Below are positions 19,165 through 27,828 of a stretch of DNA of 64,000 bases, piece after piece. The stretch spans positions 384,594-448,593 of the forward strand of contig JAYPPX010000001.1 of assembly GCA_038131735.1 (NCBI GenBank). Reading direction: 5' to 3'. The translations under genes were made by a program, and so were the position numbers. The notes below the pieces were generated by a model that saw only the letters and a list, made by a program, of their open reading frames with translations, was not told where the DNA came from and did no database searches. How positions within the stretch are numbered: position 1 is the stretch's first letter; every line of letters begins with the position of its first letter. The stretch comes from Hyphomicrobiales bacterium. Its GTDB lineage: Bacteria > Pseudomonadota > Alphaproteobacteria > Rhizobiales > TMED25.

Positions 19165-20998
19165 TCTTTATTGGTGGTGAATTTGCAGCTTTAATATTTT
19201 TATTATTATTTACTGACTCTGTTATATTATCGACAATGAAGTTTGCTGTGAGTGGCATCCCGTCATAGTTGAGCAATGAAATTAATTTGCTAACATCAAG
19301 ATTTTCTTCAGATACAAGAAGCTTTTTCATTTGCGCATCTCTATTTTGTTCAAGGATGAAAACAAAATCGTGGTCATTGATAAAATCTTTTATTGATTTA
19401 GCAAAAGGGAATGACCTGATACGAAGATGATTTACACCAATCCCATTTGAAGAGAGTTGTGCCATTGCATCATTTAAAGCAACCGTTGTGCTGCCATAGT
19501 TAATTATTCCAATTTTTGATTTTGGACTATTAATGTTTATGATTGGCTGAGGAAGCATTTCTTTCGAAGTTTCGAACTTTTTAGAAATTCTATCTAGCAT
19601 ATCAGCGTGTACTACACCACTTTCTGTATAACCACCTGTATCTGTGTGTGATGTACCACGAGTAAAATAAGATCCATATTCAGGATGTGTTGCTGGAATA
19701 GTTCTATATGGTATTCCATCACCGTCCACATCACGATATCTAGCGAATGTTTTAAGTTTTTCTATATCATCAGCGGTAACTAATTTACCTCTATTATGCT
19801 TATATTCAGGGTCCCACTCAAATTCATCTACAACCCAATCATTCATTCCAATATCCAGGTCACTTAATACCATAATAGGTGTTTGGAAAAGCTCAGCGTA
19901 ATCAAAAGATTTATAACCAAATTCGAAGCACTCATTTGGATCGGCTGGAAGAAGTAACATGTGTTTTGTATCACCGTGTGATGCGTAAGCGCATGATAAT
20001 ATATCTGATTGTTGAGTTCTTGTTGGCATACCAGTTGAAGGTCCACCGCGTTGAATATCAAACAGAACAAGTGGTATCTCGGCAAAATATGCTAATCCAA
20101 GAAACTCACTCATTAATGAAATACCCGGTCCAGATGTCGCAGTAAATGCTCTTGAACCATTCCAATTAGCTCCAATTGCCATTCCGACAGCAGATAATTC
20201 ATCTTCGGCTTGAATTATGGCAGCGTTTAGATGCCCATCCTCAGTTTTGCGAAGCTTGTTGGCGTGTTTTTCGAATGCTTCAACAAGGGATGTTGATGGC
20301 GTTATAGGGTACCATGAAGCTACCGTTGCGCCCCCATAAAGAGCGCCTAATGCAGCTGCTTCGTTACCATTTAACATAATCTTGTTAGAATTTTTATTGC
20401 ACTTTCTAACTTGCTTATTTAGCGGATAGTCAATATTTTCCATAACATATTTTCTTCCAATATTGAGTGCATTTATATTTGCATCAAAAAGATTTTGTTT
20501 GTTTTTAAACTGATCAGCTAAAAGTTTCTCAATAACATCTATGTCGATGCCTATCAACAAGCTTAGGCTTCCTAAATAAACTATATTTTTGAATAATTGT
20601 CTTTGACGTGAATCACTATATTCTTCAGCACATAATTTTGCTATTGGAATGCCAATTATAGTAATATCATCTCTATCGAAGTTTCTTCTAATACTATTGT
20701 CATAAATAAATGTACCACCAGAGATAACTTCATTTAGATCACTTGAATATGTTTGTGCATTCATTGCCACCATGATATCAACTTTTTCTTTTCTAGCGAG
20801 TCTCTCACTTTCAGATACTGTGATTTCATACCAAGTTGGTAAACCTTGTATATTTGATGGAAAAATATTTTTTGCTGAAATTGGAATTCCCATGCGGTAA
20901 AGCGACTTAGCACAAAAAGTATTCGCACTTGCGGAACCTGAACCGTTTACATTTGCAAATTTTATTACAAGTTCGTTGTATGAAATATTATTCGACAT
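19157..20998 (-). CDS. korA: 2-oxoacid:ferredoxin oxidoreductase, fused gamma-alpha subunit (no ferredoxin-like domain)
   Basis: An N-terminal gamma-type domain (IKFANVNGSGSASANTF...) followed by the alpha domain (AAALGALYGGATVASWYPITPSTS). No CxxCxxCxxxCP motif is present. I prefer the start at 20998 (MSNNISYNEL), which overlaps the upstream gene by 11 nt. The track start at 21094 lies inside that upstream gene. Confidence 0.85.
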   Translation of the reverse strand: MSNNISYNELVIKFANVNGSGSASANTFCAKSLYRMGIPISAKNIFPSNIQGLPTWYEITVSESERLARKEKVDIMVAMNAQTYSSDLNEVISGGTFIYDNSIRRNFDRDDITIIGIPIAKLCAEEYSDSRQRQLFKNIVYLGSLSLLIGIDIDVIEKLLADQFKNKQNLFDANINALNIGRKYVMENIDYPLNKQVRKCNKNSNKIMLNGNEAAALGALYGGATVASWYPITPSTSLVEAFEKHANKLRKTEDGHLNAAIIQAEDELSAVGMAIGANWNGSRAFTATSGPGISLMSEFLGLAYFAEIPLVLFDIQRGGPSTGMPTRTQQSDILSCAYASHGDTKHMLLLPADPNECFEFGYKSFDYAELFQTPIMVLSDLDIGMNDWVVDEFEWDPEYKHNRGKLVTADDIEKLKTFARYRDVDGDGIPYRTIPATHPEYGSYFTRGTSHTDTGGYTESGVVHADMLDRISKKFETSKEMLPQPIININSPKSKIGIINYGSTTVALNDAMAQLSSNGIGVNHLRIRSFPFAKSIKDFINDHDFVFILEQNRDAQMKKLLVSEENLDVSKLISLLNYDGMPLTANFIVDNITESVNNNKNIKAANSPPIKIV

Positions 20999-22781
20999 AT
21001 TCAGATATAGTACTTTTTTTGGCATGGGCTTCGATATAAGTGAACTTTTGCATATCCCATGCACCTGTTGGACATCTTTCAGCACAAAGACCACAATGTA
21101 AACACATATCTTCGTCTTTTACCATAACTCTTCCAGTCTTTAATGTATCAGATACTAATATATCTTGAGTTAAGTTTAAGGCAGGAACAGTTAATTTCTT
21201 TCTAAGATTTTCTTCTGTATCATTTTGAGTAAAATTAATGCAATCGATTGGGCAAATATCAACACACGCATCACATTCAATGCACAGGTTTTCTGTGAAT
21301 ACAGTTTGTATGTCACAATTTAAGCATCTTTGTGCCTCATCGAAAGCAAGCTTCTCATCATAGCCGAGTTCAACTTCCAAGTTAAGGTCAGTAAGGGAAG
21401 TCTCAATATCAGCGTGTGGTACGGCAAATCTATCATCGTTTGATATATCATTTGGATAAGACCATTCATGAATACCCATTTTTTGACTAACAAGGTTTGT
21501 TAGTGGACTCGGTCTGTCTTTAAGATCTTTGTTTTGACAGAAATTATCAATGGATATGGCAGCCTGATGACCGTGAGCAACCGCCCATATTATATTTTCT
21601 GGTCCCCATGCAGCATCTCCACCAAAGAACACTCTAGGTTGTGTGGATTGGAAAGTTGTTTTGTCAACTATTGGCTGTTCCCATTGATTGAACTCTATGC
21701 CAATATCTCTTTCGATCCATGGGAAGGCATTTTCTTGACCAATTGCAAGTAGAACATCATCACATTCAAAAAGAACTGTTTCTCCAGTTGCAATTAATGT
21801 TCTTTTTCCATCATTGTATTCTGCTTTCATTTTTTCAAATAATACGCCCTTAAGCTTACCATTTTCATGAACAAATTCTTTTGGTGAATGGTTATCAAAT
21901 ATTGGAATACCCTCTAACTCAGCTTCTTCAATTTCCCAATCAGAGGCTTTCATATCACTCTTTGGACTTCTAACTGTAACTTTAACATCTTTTCCACCGA
22001 GGCGAAGTGATGTTCTGCAACAATCCATAGCAGTATTACCACCACCAATTACTACAACCCTGTGCCCAATTTTATCGATATGTTTAAAAGCAACACTTGT
22101 TAGCCAATCAATACCAACATGAATGTTATCGCTAGCTTCATTTCTACCAGGAATATTTAAATCTTTACCCTTTGGCGCTCCAGTACCAACAAATATTGCA
22201 TCATAATCTTCATCAAGAATTGCCTTTAAACTCTTAACTTCTTGATTGAATTTTTTAACAACACCAAAATCCAAGATCCTATCAACTTCTTCGTCGATTA
22301 CACCTACAGGTAATCTAAAAGAAGGAATATTGGTTCTCATTAGCCCACCAGCTTTTGGATCTTTTTCATATACAGTACAATCATAACCCAGTGGCATTAA
22401 ATCTCTTGCTACAGTAAGTGAAGCAGGACCACCACCAATCATTGCAATTTTTTTACCATTTTTTTGGTTTGGTATTTCAGGCAGTAAGTTATTTACGTCT
22501 GATTTATTATCTGCTGCAGCTCTTTTTAACCTACAAATAGCAACCGGTTCTTCATCGACCCTTACTCTTCTACATGCTGGTTCACATGGTCTATCACATG
22601 TTCGACCAAGAACACCCGGGAAAACATTTGATTCCCAATTAATCATATAAGCTTCAGTATATTTTCTTTGAGCTATTAATCTAATATATTCTGGAACAGG
22701 AGTATGTGCAGGACATGCCCACTGACAATCAACAACCTTGTGATAGTAATTTGGATTCTTTGTATCTGTTGGTTTCATCAT
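20988..22781 (-). CDS. GltD/NfnB-like NAD(P)H:FAD oxidoreductase fused to a C-terminal 2x[4Fe-4S] ferredoxin domain
   Basis: N-terminal Cys cluster (CQWACPAHTPVPEYI...CDRPCEPACRR). Two Rossmann sites (IAMIGGGPASLTVA, VVVIGGGNTAMDC). C-terminal CIECDACVDICP and CLHCGLCAERCP motifs. Confidence 0.8.
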   Translation of the reverse strand: MMKPTDTKNPNYYHKVVDCQWACPAHTPVPEYIRLIAQRKYTEAYMINWESNVFPGVLGRTCDRPCEPACRRVRVDEEPVAICRLKRAAADNKSDVNNLLPEIPNQKNGKKIAMIGGGPASLTVARDLMPLGYDCTVYEKDPKAGGLMRTNIPSFRLPVGVIDEEVDRILDFGVVKKFNQEVKSLKAILDEDYDAIFVGTGAPKGKDLNIPGRNEASDNIHVGIDWLTSVAFKHIDKIGHRVVVIGGGNTAMDCCRTSLRLGGKDVKVTVRSPKSDMKASDWEIEEAELEGIPIFDNHSPKEFVHENGKLKGVLFEKMKAEYNDGKRTLIATGETVLFECDDVLLAIGQENAFPWIERDIGIEFNQWEQPIVDKTTFQSTQPRVFFGGDAAWGPENIIWAVAHGHQAAISIDNFCQNKDLKDRPSPLTNLVSQKMGIHEWSYPNDISNDDRFAVPHADIETSLTDLNLEVELGYDEKLAFDEAQRCLNCDIQTVFTENLCIECDACVDICPIDCINFTQNDTEENLRKKLTVPALNLTQDILVSDTLKTGRVMVKDEDMCLHCGLCAERCPTGAWDMQKFTYIEAHAKKSTISEYVE

Positions 22782-23011
22782 TTTTGATTAGTATTAAACC
22801 ACTTCCGCCAATTTGTATATAGTATTTTTTTAATTATAACAAGTAAACTTTGAATGCATTTTTTACATAAATATTTATAAATTCATAACGTATGAATTTT
22901 TATTAAAGATTAAAAAATTTATTAATATATTACGAAGCAATAAGTTAATTTCGCATTGATAATATTGATAAAACTCTATATAAAATTAATTGTGATTTTA
23001 AGGGGGGTAAA

Positions 23012-24070
23012 ATGTATAGATTAAATGTTGGAATTATTGGCACCGGTTGGTGCGGTGGTATAAGAGCAGAAGCATCTGCAAAAAATGGACTTGTCGATCA
23101 ATTACACATATGCGAAATTCGCGAAGATAGGCTCAAAGAAGTTGCAGATTTGACAAATCCTACTACTGCAACAACAGACTACAAGGAATTATTAAAGAAT
23201 GACGATATTCATGCAATAATGATTTCAACTACCCCAGAAAGTACTCATTATCCAATAGCAAAAGAGGCACTTGAAGCTGGGAAACATGTTTTACTTGAGA
23301 AACCAATCGCACGTACATTAACCGAAGCGGATGAATTGATAACTCTAGCTGAAAAAAACAAACTACAATTTACAATTGGTTATTCGCAAAGATTTCGATC
23401 AAAATACGCTTATGTTCGAGAAAAATTCCTTGATGGGACTCTTGGCGAACCTGTAAGTGTGTTAATTACACGTAACATAACCCAACAATTATCAAAGAGA
23501 ATTGTTGGAAGAACAAGATTGTCACCTGCCGCAATGGAAGCAACCCATGATTTAGATTATGCTCTATGGTGTTTGGCTCCAAGAAAACCTGTTAGAGTAT
23601 ATTCTCAGCAAGTTGAAAAAGTTTTAATCAAAAATTCAAACTCTGCAGATTGCCAATTTATAATGGTTACACTTGATGACGGTACAGTAATTACAGTTGG
23701 TGCAGGTTGGGTTTTACCACCAAGTTATCCAAACTACTCTTCAACTAAGATGGAATTTGTTGGCTCTAAAGGTGCTATTATGGTGGATGACTCTCATAAT
23801 GATGTAACAATCATGACAGGTGAGAGGGGAATAGAATATCCTATGTCATCAATGCCAGGGGAACCCGTGGCCCATGTTAACGCAGGTCCAATGGCAGAAG
23901 AGACGAATAACTTCATTGATGCAATCCTGTTTGATAAACCAGTTATTGTTAAACCAAGGGAAGCTCGAGTCGTGATGGAACTTTATCAAGCTGCAGATTT
24001 ATCAGCGGAGAGGGGGGAGCCAATAAATCTTCCAATGAATATAGACCCACTGAAAGAGGAGCAAAATTAA
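23012..24070 (+). CDS. Gfo/Idh/MocA-family NAD(P)-dependent oxidoreductase
   Basis: N-terminal Rossmann VGIIGTGWCG, EKP motif (VLLEKPIA) and GYSQRF. A strong SD (AAGGGGGG) precedes the ATG. Confidence 0.85.
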   Translation: MYRLNVGIIGTGWCGGIRAEASAKNGLVDQLHICEIREDRLKEVADLTNPTTATTDYKELLKNDDIHAIMISTTPESTHYPIAKEALEAGKHVLLEKPIARTLTEADELITLAEKNKLQFTIGYSQRFRSKYAYVREKFLDGTLGEPVSVLITRNITQQLSKRIVGRTRLSPAAMEATHDLDYALWCLAPRKPVRVYSQQVEKVLIKNSNSADCQFIMVTLDDGTVITVGAGWVLPPSYPNYSSTKMEFVGSKGAIMVDDSHNDVTIMTGERGIEYPMSSMPGEPVAHVNAGPMAEETNNFIDAILFDKPVIVKPREARVVMELYQAADLSAERGEPINLPMNIDPLKEEQN

Positions 24071-25176
24071 TGAAAGATATTGGACTTGCAGTAATAGGTT
24101 GCGGAACAATTGGAAGAATAAGAGCTGAATTAGCAAGAGACTATCCTGGTGTTAAGTGGCTTGGATTATGTGATATTAGAAAAGATGTTGCTGAAAAATT
24201 AGCGGCAGATTGTAATGCTGATTTTTTTACTACAGACTTCAATGAACTCTTAAATAGAAATGAGGTTACGGCTGTTATAATTGCTACGGAAGAAAATGCT
24301 CACGTTGAACCAACTCTAAAAGCCATAGAAATGGGACATGCATTATTCATTGAAAAACCACTCGCAACAAATCCTCAAGACTCACGTCGTATAATTGATG
24401 AAATTGAGTCTAATAATATTGACGCAGTTCTGGGTTACACAAACCGTTTCAGAAGGCGTTTTCTTGCAGTCAAAGAGAGACTTACAACAGGACAAATTGG
24501 ACATGTTCATTCCGTTGTAACAAGAGCATTTATGAATAAAATGGTTCCAATCGCGACAATTAATAAGACAAATGATAGACAAAATCTGACACCAATGGTT
24601 GTTTCCGGAACACATAGTCTTGATATGTCAATGTGGTTAATGGAAGGAAAAAATCCTGTAAGTGTCTATGCAAAATCAGTTGATGGCGTCTTAAATCAAT
24701 GGGGAACAAAAGACTCAACATTTGGCATTTTTACAATGGATGATGGCACCATTTGGAGTATGAACATTTCATGGGCACTTCCAGAAGTTTGGCCAGGTTC
24801 GGTTTATGGTCTAGAAATTGGGATAGTTGGCACAGAAGGTGTTATTGACATTGAAGATACACACCGTGATTTGGTATTGGCATCAAATATAGCACAAGGT
24901 GCAGGATATACCTCACGAGAATATGCTCCTCCTCAAGGAAGACATGTAGATTTTTTAACAAGTTATCCTGCTGGAGATATTCAAGGAGGCCAATTTTGGG
25001 GACCAATGAGGGAAGAAACAAACACCTGGTATACAAGATTATGCACTGGACAAGCAACACCTCATGCAACTGCCCAAGATGGGCATAGAAATCTGCTTAT
25101 GACAATGGCAATGGATCTCTCCGCAAAAGAAGGTAAAGAGATTGTTTTACCAAGCAGAATGGATGATATTTTCTGA
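24070..25176 (+). CDS. Gfo/Idh/MocA-family NAD(P)-dependent oxidoreductase (paralogue of the upstream gene)
   Basis: LAVIGCGTIG, FIEKPLA and GYTNRFRRRF. Its start overlaps the upstream stop (TAATG). Confidence 0.85.
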   Translation: MKDIGLAVIGCGTIGRIRAELARDYPGVKWLGLCDIRKDVAEKLAADCNADFFTTDFNELLNRNEVTAVIIATEENAHVEPTLKAIEMGHALFIEKPLATNPQDSRRIIDEIESNNIDAVLGYTNRFRRRFLAVKERLTTGQIGHVHSVVTRAFMNKMVPIATINKTNDRQNLTPMVVSGTHSLDMSMWLMEGKNPVSVYAKSVDGVLNQWGTKDSTFGIFTMDDGTIWSMNISWALPEVWPGSVYGLEIGIVGTEGVIDIEDTHRDLVLASNIAQGAGYTSREYAPPQGRHVDFLTSYPAGDIQGGQFWGPMREETNTWYTRLCTGQATPHATAQDGHRNLLMTMAMDLSAKEGKEIVLPSRMDDIF

Positions 25177-25177
25177 G

Positions 25178-26098
25178 TTAGATTAACTCATCAAACTTCT
25201 GTTGTATGTCTTTTGGAAATTTCTTTATTTCGGTTTCGCCAATATTAAAAGCAATAGACTTTAATTGATTTCTGAAGTTAGGATCAATCTCCATTATTTT
25301 TGTCCCTTTTTCTTTCAATAGTTTCATGCATGTAACGTCTTCTTCCATTGCTAATGCCCTTTGATATTTGGTGGCTTCTTTTAGTTGTTCTTGAAGATGA
25401 TCTCTAAAATCTTGGTTCCAATCATAAAATTTTTTCTTATTGCACAGTAATATTGATGTTCCAAATAAATGCGAAGAGAGGGTTATATATGGATGGTAGT
25501 CTTCGATTCCATAATTAATAATATTGGTGAGGGGATTCTCTTGGGTGTTAACTTCACCTGTGATAACTGCATTTTTTAATTTTTTTACATCTATGAACTT
25601 TGGGTCAAAGCCAATGGCTCTAAAAACATCTTCATGCATTTTATTATTTGCAATACGAATTGAAGAAGCTTTGCAATCTTCAAGTGATTTCATATGTCTA
25701 TTATTTGATGAGATATGGCGAATGCCATTATCCCAATAGCCAAGAACTTTGTAGCCTGTGTTATCTTCAACTTTTTGAGATATGTAATCTCCAACACTGC
25801 CATCAAGGAGATTATATACTTGATCTCGCGATGAGATTTGGAATGGAATTTCAAAAAGATTTAATTCTTCTACTCTTTCAGTTAGATAACTTGAAAAAAA
25901 ATAACAGCAATCAATTTCACCTTCTTCAACTAATCTCAATAAATCAATAGCATTGTATTTCAAGTCCCCAATATCTGAAACGAATTTAAATTCTAAATTA
26001 TTCGGATAAATTTCTTCTAGTTTCTTTTTTAAATAGAATATTCCTTTTGCTTGAACTGATCTTTCAGGATGATATCCCGCCCAATATATTTTATTCAT
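25178..26098 (-). CDS. DctP-family (TRAP-type) solute-binding protein homologue without a signal peptide
   Basis: DctP-like core (KVLGYWDNGIRHISSN, GEVNTQENPLTNI). The protein starts directly at MNKIYWAGYHPE. An in-frame TAA lies two codons upstream of the ATG. No dctQ or dctM is present in the window. Confidence 0.7.
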   Translation of the reverse strand: MNKIYWAGYHPERSVQAKGIFYLKKKLEEIYPNNLEFKFVSDIGDLKYNAIDLLRLVEEGEIDCCYFFSSYLTERVEELNLFEIPFQISSRDQVYNLLDGSVGDYISQKVEDNTGYKVLGYWDNGIRHISSNNRHMKSLEDCKASSIRIANNKMHEDVFRAIGFDPKFIDVKKLKNAVITGEVNTQENPLTNIINYGIEDYHPYITLSSHLFGTSILLCNKKKFYDWNQDFRDHLQEQLKEATKYQRALAMEEDVTCMKLLKEKGTKIMEIDPNFRNQLKSIAFNIGETEIKKFPKDIQQKFDELI

Positions 26099-26111
26099 TT
26101 TTTACCATTTT

Positions 26112-26999
26112 CTATTGATTGATGAGTTTGTAGTAATCAAGATACAACTTCGAAAAGTCTGTTTCTGATAGCCCTTGATCTACAGCATTTTTAAGTAATG
26201 CAGTTGTTAAGTTTCCGAATGGACATTTAATTTCAAGATTGTTTAGAGTATTAGTAACCATACTTAAATCTTTGTATAGGTTTGATACACGAGATTTTGC
26301 ATCCCATTTTTCTGATAATATGTGGTTTGGAAATCTTTTTTCAGAAATAAAGCTTCGAGCGTTACCTGAGTTAAAAACATCAATAACAATATTGGGATCA
26401 ATGCCAAGTTCTTTTGCTCCCCTGACACCCTCAACTGTTGCAAGAAAAATAGTGTGAGTAACCATGTTATGGATCAACTTCATAGCGTGTCCTGAACCTG
26501 TTTTACCGACATGAACTAATTTGTTAGTAAAAGACTCTAGGATACTTTTTGCTTTCTGGATAGTATCTTTTTCTCCGCCTATCATTAATGTTAATGTTCC
26601 ATTTGCAGCGCCCTGAGCACCACCTGTCATTCCACAGTCTAGATAGTCAATGTTATAACCTTTCAATTCTTCAGCAAGTTTAATACTCTCCTCAGGATTT
26701 GATGTTGTTAAATCAACAATTACCGAGCCACTGGTTATTTGATTAATACCATCTGAGTCGAATAGAAAATTCCTTATTTCTTTTGTACTTGGGACAATAA
26801 AAAGATGAATATTGCAATCTCTAAGTCCATTTTCAAGGTTGTTGATATTTAAATCAGTTCTATTTTCAAAATCATTTAATAGTTCAGAATTAATTTCAAA
26901 AATTGATTTTAATTTACCAATTTGATCAATTTTTTTGGCAATGCCATTGCCCATTTGTCCTACACCTATGATTGATACATTTTGGAATGAAGCAATCAT
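26112..26999 (-). CDS. Beta-hydroxyacid dehydrogenase (3-hydroxyisobutyrate / tartronate-semialdehyde / 6-phosphogluconate dehydrogenase-like)
   Basis: VSIIGVGQMGNGIAKK dinucleotide site, a DCGMTGG-type region, and GSGHAMKLIHNM in the C-terminal helical domain. Confidence 0.85.
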   Translation of the reverse strand: MIASFQNVSIIGVGQMGNGIAKKIDQIGKLKSIFEINSELLNDFENRTDLNINNLENGLRDCNIHLFIVPSTKEIRNFLFDSDGINQITSGSVIVDLTTSNPEESIKLAEELKGYNIDYLDCGMTGGAQGAANGTLTLMIGGEKDTIQKAKSILESFTNKLVHVGKTGSGHAMKLIHNMVTHTIFLATVEGVRGAKELGIDPNIVIDVFNSGNARSFISEKRFPNHILSEKWDAKSRVSNLYKDLSMVTNTLNNLEIKCPFGNLTTALLKNAVDQGLSETDFSKLYLDYYKLINQ

Positions 27000-27403
27000 T
27001 TCGTAACTTTGTCTCCTGAAGATAAATGTTGAACAGTTTCACCAGTTTCAGTAAATGTACGGGTAACATTTGTTTCGCCATATATCCAAAATATTGTTAG
27101 TGGTTCGTCACCAATGTTATTGAACCTGTGGGGTACATTTGCGGGAATAAATGATGTATCCATAGATTTAAGCTCTGTTTTAACACCACCACATTCAACT
27201 TCACCTTTCCCAGATATTATTAAAACTTGTTCACAACAGTTATGGCTATGCATAGGTGCAGCTCTTCCAGTTGGGAATGTTGTAAAGCCTGAAGTAAATA
27301 TAATTCCTTCTGCATTATCTTTTCCGTAGAGTAATGCTGTTGATACACCATCTCCTCGGTCAAAATTTGGTCTATCTTCAAATTTTATTATGTTGGCTGT
27401 CAT
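26996..27403 (-). CDS. Cupin-domain protein (metal-binding monocupin)
   Basis: Cupin motif 1 is HSHNCCEQVLIISG (HxHxxxE-x6-G). Motif 2 is PANVPHRFNN (H-x3-N). It overlaps the downstream gene by 4 nt. Confidence 0.8.
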   Translation of the reverse strand: MTANIIKFEDRPNFDRGDGVSTALLYGKDNAEGIIFTSGFTTFPTGRAAPMHSHNCCEQVLIISGKGEVECGGVKTELKSMDTSFIPANVPHRFNNIGDEPLTIFWIYGETNVTRTFTETGETVQHLSSGDKVTK

Positions 27404-27426
27404 TATTTTCTCCTAATTTATGTATT

Positions 27427-27717
27427 TTAATTGGCTTCGACGAAAACGATTTCTACTTCACCAGATCCATTACGGCGATTTTTGGCTGCATTTTTGTAAG
27501 CATCAGAGTTAAAACATTCCTCAGCAAGTTCCATATTTGGAAATTCTGCAACAACGAACCTAGTAAAATTATCAGTTCCTTCCATAATTTTAAAATTTCC
27601 TCCTCTTGTTAAGAATTTTCCACCAAAACTCTCAACAATACCGCCAGCTTTATCAGCATATTTTTTATAAGATTTTTGATCTATGATTTTTGCTCTAGCA
27701 ATCCAATAAACTGGCAT
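27427..27717 (-). CDS. DUF1330-family protein
   Basis: A 96-aa protein whose pattern (YWIARAKIIDQKSYKKYA...GGKFLTRGG...VVAEFPNMELAEECFNSDAYKNA) matches my recollection of DUF1330. Confidence 0.65.
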   Translation of the reverse strand: MPVYWIARAKIIDQKSYKKYADKAGGIVESFGGKFLTRGGNFKIMEGTDNFTRFVVAEFPNMELAEECFNSDAYKNAAKNRRNGSGEVEIVFVEAN

Positions 27718-27828
27718 TTATTTATTCCCTATATTACAAATTTAGAATATCATTATATAGGTAAATTATAAAACACTATCGTGTAAATTATGCTTTTTTT
27801 AGATATGTTTCATGGAAGGGATGATTAG

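Noticed and set aside
20999-21094. N-terminal extensions in the ORF track for korA (to 21094), rpsD (from 53451), grxD (to 54533), nadE (from 384) and the ABC-F gene (from 7188).
   Set aside because: The extensions run into the neighbouring gene or leader, have no family-conserved sequence, and better internal starts exist. Examples are MSNNISYNEL for kor[10 protein letters not shown] with a GGAGGA SD for rpsD, and MDQDINTW for grxD.
26996-27403. The cupin protein as a DddK/DddQ/DddW-type DMSP lyase, an attractive idea for a SAR11-like genome with a 3-hydroxyacid dehydrogenase next door.
   Set aside because: The metal ligands are present (HSHNCCEQV). However, the Tyr of the HxHxxxExY motif, which is catalytic in cupin DMSP lyases as I recall, is Val here, and overall similarity to DddK is not evident. 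The possibility remains but is unsupported.
27334-27612. A 92-aa plus-strand ORF plus many other 60-160-aa ORFs antisense to long genes (for example 1241..1513, 4453..4932, 12264..12635, 45859..46188, 55338..55703).
   Set aside because: All are embedded antisense in genes with strong family-level support, and they show the hydrophobic or low-complexity composition typical of shadow ORFs in AT-rich DNA.
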